A DNA stretch of 64,000 nt, taken from contig OZ024742.1 of assembly GCA_964016885.1 (NCBI GenBank), positions 181,350,001 to 181,414,000 of the forward strand, read 5' to 3'. Position 1 is the first letter of the stretch. Every line of letters begins with the position of its first letter. This document shows positions 56,500-64,000 of this stretch, piece by piece. The stretch is from Eledone cirrhosa (lineage: Eukaryota). The notes under the pieces are model-generated. The model did no database searches, had not been told where the DNA came from, and worked only from the letters and a program-made list of their open reading frames with translations. The translations under genes were made by a program, and so were the position numbers.

Positions 56500-57840
56500 T
56501 CGTTTTTCTTCTTTATCTCCTCTGTTAGTCTCAGCGATTCGAGTTCAGCTCTCAACACCTTCACCCAGGTGTTTCTTGATCTACCTTTACTGTCAAGAAT
56601 CCACTGGTTTCTTGACACTTCTTTACCCATTGATCACCATTCCTGTGCATCATGTCCATACACATGCAGTTTTCTCTCCTTCACACCACCCCGATTCCTC
56701 TTAAACCCAGCTTCTCCTTCAATTCATCCAAGTTCTGCCTTTTTCTCACATTTACATTGCACATCCAATGAGGCATGGTTTCTTCAATTCTCTCCAGTCT
56801 GTGGATATCAGTGCCCATGTTTCACTCCCATGCAGCATTGCGCTTCACACACAGGCATCATACAGTCATTCTTTTGTCTGTAGGGAGAAATCTTTTGTTG
56901 GCAACAGTGGAAGTAGCTCTCTAAACTTTTTCCATCCTATCTTTATTTTCACTATTATGCTCTCAAAGCACTCTCCTCCACTGCTGATTACAGCACCTAG
57001 GCAGCAGAATCTGTGAACCCCTTCTATGGATCCTTTCTTTGACTTGAAGAGGCTTATATCACTGCCGCTCTTCCCTTTGATTACTCCTGTGCTTCTACAT
57101 ACAAAGTGTTCTTTCCTGTTAATCTACCTGTTATCCCACTACATCACTTGTGTACCCAAGATTCACATTGTATACATCGTATGAAGTTTATGCCCACTCC
57201 TTTTCTACATATGGATCAGGACCTTTTCTTTCCTACTCACTAGCACTTTAGTTTTGGTTAAGTTTACTGTCAGACATTTTGATTCCAAATTCAGTTTCCA
57301 TAATCGGAATTTATTTTCTGATTCTTTTTTGGTTTTAGCTATAAAAACCAAATTATCTGCTTAGAGAAGTTCCCATGGACAGCTAGTTTTAAACTCTTCT
57401 GTTATGGCCTAGAGAACTATGATGAACAGCAGTGGGCTAAGAACAAAACCTCGATGAACTCCTACCTGTTCCTTGAATTTCTCACTAAACTCACTTCCTA
57501 CCCTCATTTTACTGACTGTTACTCTGTACATGACTTGTGCTGCTCTCACAAGCCATTCTTCTACACCTAATTTCTTTAAGGACCACCAGATAATAGATCA
57601 AGGTAAGGTGTTAAAGGCCTTTTCTATATCAAATAAAGCTACATATAGTGTCTTATTCTTGGCTAGGAATTTCTCTTGTAGTTGTTTCACTAAGAGAGAA
57701 TCTGTAGTACTTTTTCCAGGTTTGAAACCAAACTGCATCTACTTTGACACTTTCCCTAATTAGTTGTGCTATAACTCTTTCTGTCCCTTTCATAACTTGG
57801 GCCATTAGTTTATTCCTCTATAGTTTCTCCTTTCTAGCAT
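56500..57840 (-). mobile_element. RTE-clade LINE fragment, degraded
   Basis: Minus strand MQFGFKPGKST, FDIEKAF, GFVLSPLLF, CPWELL, GRSRNTW remnants. Confidence 0.8.
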
Positions 57841-58011
57841 TTTATGATTGTATTGCATCATATATTACCTGATTGGCTATGTGGATTACATGCTTGCGGG
57901 AAAATTGGGTGTTAAACGATGATATATATGTATATCTATCTATATATATATGTATATGTATATTACCTACCTTAACTACATCTCAAAATGGGTATTAACC
58001 GATGATGATAA

Positions 58012-58064
<53 letters not shown>

Positions 58065-58172
58065 TCCCTTCCCCGTCTCTGCCTATCCTTCGCACTCACC
58101 CCTTCGTTCACTCCACCCCGCTTCACACCCCCGCCCTCTCTTCCCTCCCCCTGCTTTCACCCTACGCCCATC

Positions 58173-60915
58173 ATGCCCAACCTGAGATCCTTTCTCCACC
58201 AACTCCACAATCGCCTCAAACTTTTCCTCACCCCCCTCCTTCCACCCTGCTATCTCCCCTCCGCCCTTCAACTCTCCTACCTTCTCTTCGCCAAAACCCG
58301 GCACTCCAGCCACATCCATTTCCTCAGCCACTGCCTCCGCCTCCACCTTATCCCCCTCGGCTTCCATCTACACTTCCACCCCTCCCCCGCTGCTTCCCCC
58401 TCCACGCAACGCATCCTCACCCGATCCTCACGCCTTCTGATGCGCAACTCCATCCGCGCCTCCCGTTCCACCCTCCGCCTACTTGACCACCAACTGACCC
58501 CCACCCTCCTCCGCCTTTACTCCACCTTCCACCCCCTTCTCGCCCAAGCCATCCTCTCCTTCATCCACAACCTCAACCACCACCTCTTCTCGTTCCTCAG
58601 CTCCACCAAAGCCCGCAAGCTACATCCCCCCCCCCCATCCACCTCTCCACTGACCCCCCCTACCCAATCTCCACCCTCCACCTCACCCTCACCCCCCTAA
58701 CACCCAACCCCACCCCTTGTTGTCACCATACCCCCTGACCTCCCCCTCTCCGCACCTGAGCGCTCACTCCTTAGTAGAGGCCTTCGCTTCATACCCCACA
58801 CTCCGCTCAGCGACGAGTTCCGCACCCGAACGGAAGTCGAGCGATTCGTGCGACGCACTAAGCTACAGGCACATTTCAGCCGAACGCCACCGGCTCCGGA
58901 CGCCCCAGACCCGTTTCTCGCCCTGGGCCGACGACCATCTTCTTGGACGCCGGCCCCAGGGCAATTTAGCACCCTGGACATCTTCGTCGATGCCAGCCGT
59001 AGCGCAGTAAATCGTTTCGACTTCCGCCACCGTTCCAAACGGCACATCTCACGGGGGGAACTCCTCGCTCTCCGCTCCCTCTGTAGCCGAGATGACATCG
59101 TCATCAAACCGGCGGACAAGGGAGGCGCCGTGGTGGTATGGCGCGCGGACCTCTACACGGCCGAAGCCCTCAGGCAGCTCTGTAACCCCCTCTTTTACCG
59201 CCCTCTAGCCTCCGATCCCACCCCCCTCTACCAACAACAAGTCTCCTCCACCATCAAAGACCTTATCGCCTCCTCCCTCCTCCCCCCACCGCTTCCCACC
59301 TCATCGTCCGCACCCCCCGCACCCCCACCATCTACTTCCTCCCCAAACTCCACAAACCCGACAACCCAGGCCGCCCCATCGTCTCCGCTTGCAACTGCCC
59401 CACCGAACTCATCTCCGCCTTTCTCGACTCCCTCCTCGCCCCCCTTGTCACCACCCTCCCCTCCCACATCTCCGACACCAACCACGCCCTGCGCCTTTTC
59501 GACTCCTTCACCTACCTATCCGGCCCTCAGCCATTCCTCTTCACCCTAGACATCAAGTCCCTCTATACCGTCATCCCCCACGCCGACGGCCTTCGCGCCC
59601 TCAAACACTACCTCGACCTTCGCCCCCCCCCCCATTCCCTCCACCCCCACCCTCCTTCGCCTCGCCGAGCTGGTCCTCACCCTAAATTGTTTCTCCTTCT
59701 CGGGTGAGTGTTACCAACAGGTCACGGGGGTAGCCATGGGCACAAGAATGGGCCCGAACTATGCCAACCTTTTTGTTGGCCATGTTGAGGCCCAAATCTT
59801 TGCCCAGTAGACCGGCCCCACGCCCGAACTGTACGGTCGTTACATTGACGACTGTATCGGAGCCACGACCCTCACCCGAGTACAGCTCGACTCCTTTCTC
59901 TCCTTCTTCTGCTCCTTCCACCCCTCCCTCCACTTCACCACCTCTATCTCCACCACCCATGTCCACTTCTTAGACATCTCCGTCGCCTTCGACCCCTCCC
60001 ACCACTCCCTCGTCACCTACGCCTTCTTCAAACCCACCGACTCCCACTCTTACCTCGACTTCACCTCTTCCCACCCCACCCACACTAAACTCTCCATTCC
60101 CTACTCCCAACTTCTCAGGATCCGCCGCCTCTGTAGCCGTGATGCTGACTTCGAGTTCCAGGCCCTTTCCCTAGTCAGCCATTTCATCCGCAGAGGTTAC
60201 CCCCCTTCTCTCGTCTACACCGCTCTCACCCGCGCCCGTTTTTTCCCCCGCTCCACCACCCTCACCCCACGCCACCGCACACCCACCCACCGTCTCCCCT
60301 TCCCCATCACCTACCACCCCTCCACCTTATCCCTCCACCGCACCATCCGCCGCCTCTTCCGACGCCTCCAGTCCGACCCCTCCACCTCCCACATCTTCCC
60401 AACCCCTCCACTCCCCTCCTTCAAACGCGCACGCAATCTCCGCACCCTCCTCGTCCACAGCTCCCTACCCCCCAACCCACGCTCCGGTTCCCCCCCCCGG
60501 TTCCTTCCCCTGTTCTAGGCCCCGCTGCAACACCTGTCCCCACATCACCAACACCACCACCTTCCAGGGTACCAACGGCCACTCTCTCTCGGTCCGGCAT
60601 GCCTTCCGCTGCACCTCCTCCAACCTAGTCTACGGACTTCGTTGCACGGAGTGCAGCGCGACTTATGTCGGACAGACGGGACGTCGCCTGGCGGACCGAG
60701 TCACGGAGCACCTCCGGGATATTCGTCTTGGGGGCAGTTCCCCCATCGCCCGCCACTTTGGTGGCCCTGGACACTCCGCACGCCATCTCACAGTCTGTGG
60801 CCTACTCCAGTGCCACGGAACACCCGCCCATCGCCTTACGGTCGAACAACGTACTATCTTCATCTTACGGACCCACACTCCCCCCGGCCTGAACTCCCCA
60901 CCCTTATTCCTTTAG
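58173..60915 (+). pseudogene. PLE reverse transcriptase + GIY-YIG endonuclease polyprotein, disrupted
   Basis: ATG 58173 (MPNLRSF...) to TAG 60913-60915; frameshifts in poly-C runs and one TAC>TAG stop near 59808 relative to the other copy. Confidence 0.88.
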
Positions 60916-62263
60916 CGTTCGACCGCCCCCCTCCCCCCACACTTATCCCCCACTAACACCACTAATACACCCCTCCTTTTCACCGCCCAACCCACACTAA
61001 CAATACTAACACCTCCACTCCACCCCTCATCTGACCACCCTTCCCCAACTAACATACTGACATCCCTTCCCTCCCCTCTTCTCCTCCTCCCCCTCCTTAT
61101 CACACGCACACACGCACCCACTTACACCACCCACCCCACACGCAACTAACATCACTAACACCCCCCCAACCCCACGCACACGTACCCACACACCCTCGTA
61201 CACCACCAACTCTACACACCCTACCCCCACTAACACCTGCATTCCACCCCTCCCCACCTCGCGTATACTAACACCCACTAACACCTCTTCACCAAACAAC
61301 ACACACACCAGTACACCACACTCCCTCCATAGAACCACACACACCCTTCTCTCCCTGCTCCACACTCACTCATCCCACTAACACCCCTACTAACACACAC
61401 ACACACACACACACACCCTCCTCACTCCAACTCTCACACCTACCCATCCTCGCCTCCCTACCATTCCGCCGACTGCTGCTATGCCCTTCCAACCACCTCT
61501 CAGCACCAACTGACCACAGCACTCCCACTGCTGACCACTTCCTGTTGCGCGCGCACCCCCACATCTCTCCTCTTCCGACCACCGCTTCTTGGATTACCCA
61601 CACGCGAAATTGACTTCTAACCAAATCTCCAAACATCCGTGGAACTTACCAACTTTTCAACCATCCTCTTACACCATCACCTATATAACTCACCCACATA
61701 CACACCCCCCAACATTTTTTTTTATCCACACGCCACCCACACCCACAACACGCTTAAACCACACACACCTGCTTCCCACCACATATTTACACACTCAGCC
61801 TCCTGATTCCTCTCCCCCCACCCCCTATCCACACACGCACAGACACTCCGACCCACAAAACACCCCCCACACACACCTTCCTGAACATGCAACCCCGTTC
61901 TTCCCCCAACCCTCACTTTCACATACACACACACACACATACACGCACACCTAACCACACACACCACCTTCAGCCCTCCCCGCTCGGACACCCCGTCTCC
62001 CTCTCCCCACTCCACCCGCCACCACCCCTACTCACCCCACACCCTTCCACCACCTGTTTACTCCCCTTTTAATTTCAGTTTATTTTGATCATGCCTTTAT
62101 TTTTAAATTTTCTCATTCCTTGTATTTTGATCATGCTTTATTTATTATTTATTATATTTTTTGTCTTTATTTGTTAATTTTTCATTCGCACCGTTTCCTT
62201 TCGCTATATGTCTCTCCACCACTCCCCTACACACCTTTTGAACTCTGTTCCCACACACTTCTC

Positions 62264-62295
62264 ACCTGAAGAAGGGCTTATGCCCGAAACGTCGT
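62264..62295 (+). ncRNA. Minimal hammerhead ribozyme core in PLE 3' region
   Basis: Identical to 19180-19211. Confidence 0.75.
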
Positions 62296-62381
62296 CCCCC
62301 ACCTACCCCCCACTCTCCTGAGCGTGAATTTAATAAACATTTATTGTACTGCCTCTCTGTTCTGTCCCTGTTCAATTTTTC

Positions 62382-62427
<46 letters not shown>

Positions 62428-62446
62428 TAACAAAGAAGGTGTGGTA

Positions 62447-62613
<167 letters not shown>

Positions 62614-62709
62614 ATATATATATGATATATATATATATGATATATATATATATCATCATCGTTTAATGCCCATTTTGAGATATATATATATATATATATA
62701 TATATCTCA

Positions 62710-63056
62710 AATGGAGGCACATGGCTTAGTGGTTAGAGCATTGGCTTTGCAATTGAAAAGTTGTGAGTTCAATTCTCAGACCGGGTGATGTGTTGTTTCC
62801 TTGAGCAAAACACTTTATTTCACATTGCAATAGTTTACTCAGCTGTAGAAATGAGATGATAGGGACTGGGGGGTCCATATCATTCCACTGCAAAGTGGTC
62901 GTGGAGGTGCCACTGCAAAAAAGCACCCAGCACTCACTGTAAATGATGTTGGTGTTAGGAAGGGCATCCAGCTGTAGAAATCAAGCCAGAATCAGTTCCC
63001 ATCCCGCCCTTGCAAGCAGGGAAAAGCGGACATAAAATGATGATGATGATGATGAT
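62710..63056 (+). mobile_element. tRNA-derived SINE family B (full-length). Other copies 7040-7280(-), 31255-31595(+), 35288-35625(+), 54545-54990(-); heads at 43070-43185(-), 49158(+), 56028(+)
   Basis: A box TGGCTTAGTGG, B box GAGTTCAATTC, TCCTTGAGCAAGACACTT core, GTTGGTGTTAGGAAGGGCATCCAGC domain, RTE-like GGAC.TAAAATGATGATG tail. Confidence 0.88.
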
Positions 63057-63261
63057 ACATATTTATTTAGGTTTGAAGGTTCACCACTGGAGAGAGCTGA
63101 TCAATTTCATATGGTCAATCTTAATGTAATAATATGGAGAGTACTCAATGTAAAGCAGCTCAACCGTCTTCGTTTGTGTAGTTGGTGGTGCGAGTACGGA
63201 GTTAAATATTATAATAAAATAACAGGAGACTGGACTTGTGTAAATCCTTGAACGGTTTATT

Positions 63262-63319
63262 ATACTATGATCATTTCAATGACCGGGTTCCGTATGAATC
63301 CGGTGATATCATCAGGTAT
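63262..63319 (-). ncRNA. Type I hammerhead ribozyme, intact core
   Basis: ATAC-CTGATGA-TATCACCGGATTC-ATACG-GAACCCGGTCATT-GAAA-TGATCA-TA-GTAT. Confidence 0.85.
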
Positions 63320-63590
63320 TCGAAATATAATAAATGAATGTAACAGATAAAATCCATGGGGCTGAAAATCATAATTATATTATTGGCAGTATCGGTGGAG
63401 GGTCGGACGGCAAGCTTTCCAGCATAGTTACGTCCCTTTACAATCTGAGTTCAAATCCCGCCGAGGTTGACTTTGCCTTTCATCCTTACGGGGTCGATAA
63501 AATAAAGTACCAGTAATGCACTGGGTAATTGCTGGCCTTGTGCCTAAAGTAGAAACAATTATATTATATATATACATATATATACACATG

Positions 63591-63641
<51 letters not shown>

Positions 63642-64000
63642 CCTACCTTAACTACAGCCATACAGAACAGAATGAAATCCTCTAACCTACCCTCTCTCTG
63701 TTTATCTAATAACTTAAATACCTGTTTATCAAATTACATAACTACCTTCCTACTTACCCACCTTATCCAGTGACCTTATTACTTAGCTATATACATATAT
63801 ATATATATATTTAATACAGAAATGGCTTATATATATACATTGCCTACCTATATACCTAGCAACCAGCCTACCTAGAAATTGACTTATATACATACCTTCC
63901 TACCTACCAACTGACTTATATACCTATTTTCCTACCAACCAATTGACCTATATATACCTACCTTCCTACCTACCTATATACCAATATACTTACCTACCTA

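Larger units (their letters stand above)
58061..62383 (+). mobile_element. Penelope-like element (Neptune-type), near full-length, flanked by (TA)n
   Basis: N-terminal RHSSHIHFLSHCLRLHLIPLGF, DKG motif IVIKPADKGGAVVVW, RT motifs GVAMGTRMGPNYANLFVG and YIDD, CxxxxCxxC linker, GIY-YIG (NLVYGLRCTECSATYVGQTGRRLADR), long C/A-rich 3' UTR, HHR core near 3' end, (TA)n on both sides. Confidence 0.92.

Noticed and set aside
59275-59295. Same -1 frameshift in both PLE copies (also 16441-16455) as possible programmed frameshift
   Set aside because: It lies in a C homopolymer, is not a canonical slippery heptamer, and other poly-C runs vary between copies; slippage or sequencing error is more likely
58173-60915. 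Selenoprotein-type (Naiad) recoding in the PLE
   Set aside because: The disruptions I found are frameshifts and a TAG, not in-frame TGA at Cys positions
62710-62790. tRNA gene call for A/B-box sequences
   Set aside because: These are SINE heads continuing into repeat bodies; no complete cloverleaf

Overview
Repeat-saturated, AT-rich animal DNA (intronic or intergenic) with no convincing host exon. The tRNA-headed SINE families, RTE LINE tails ending in (TGA)n and dense (TA)n microsatellites suggest an octopod cephalopod (inference). The window holds two copies of a C-rich Penelope-like element (RT + GIY-YIG, Neptune-type), RTE-clade LINE fragments, SINEs, a Buster-type hAT nested in a Helitron-like element, Tc1/mariner remnants and minisatellites. 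The main signal is about 16 minimal type I hammerhead ribozyme (HHR) motifs of several different sequences, found and folded by eye. About 10 are intact or nearly intact. Most have a palindromic stem III and sit in short non-coding elements next to (TA)n tracts, often as inverted fold-backs. One is a ~438-bp partial tandem (retrozyme-like) unit. Several share a downstream ATTGAG(TAC) motif. Nearly all short ORFs in the supplied track are microsatellite or low-complexity artefacts.
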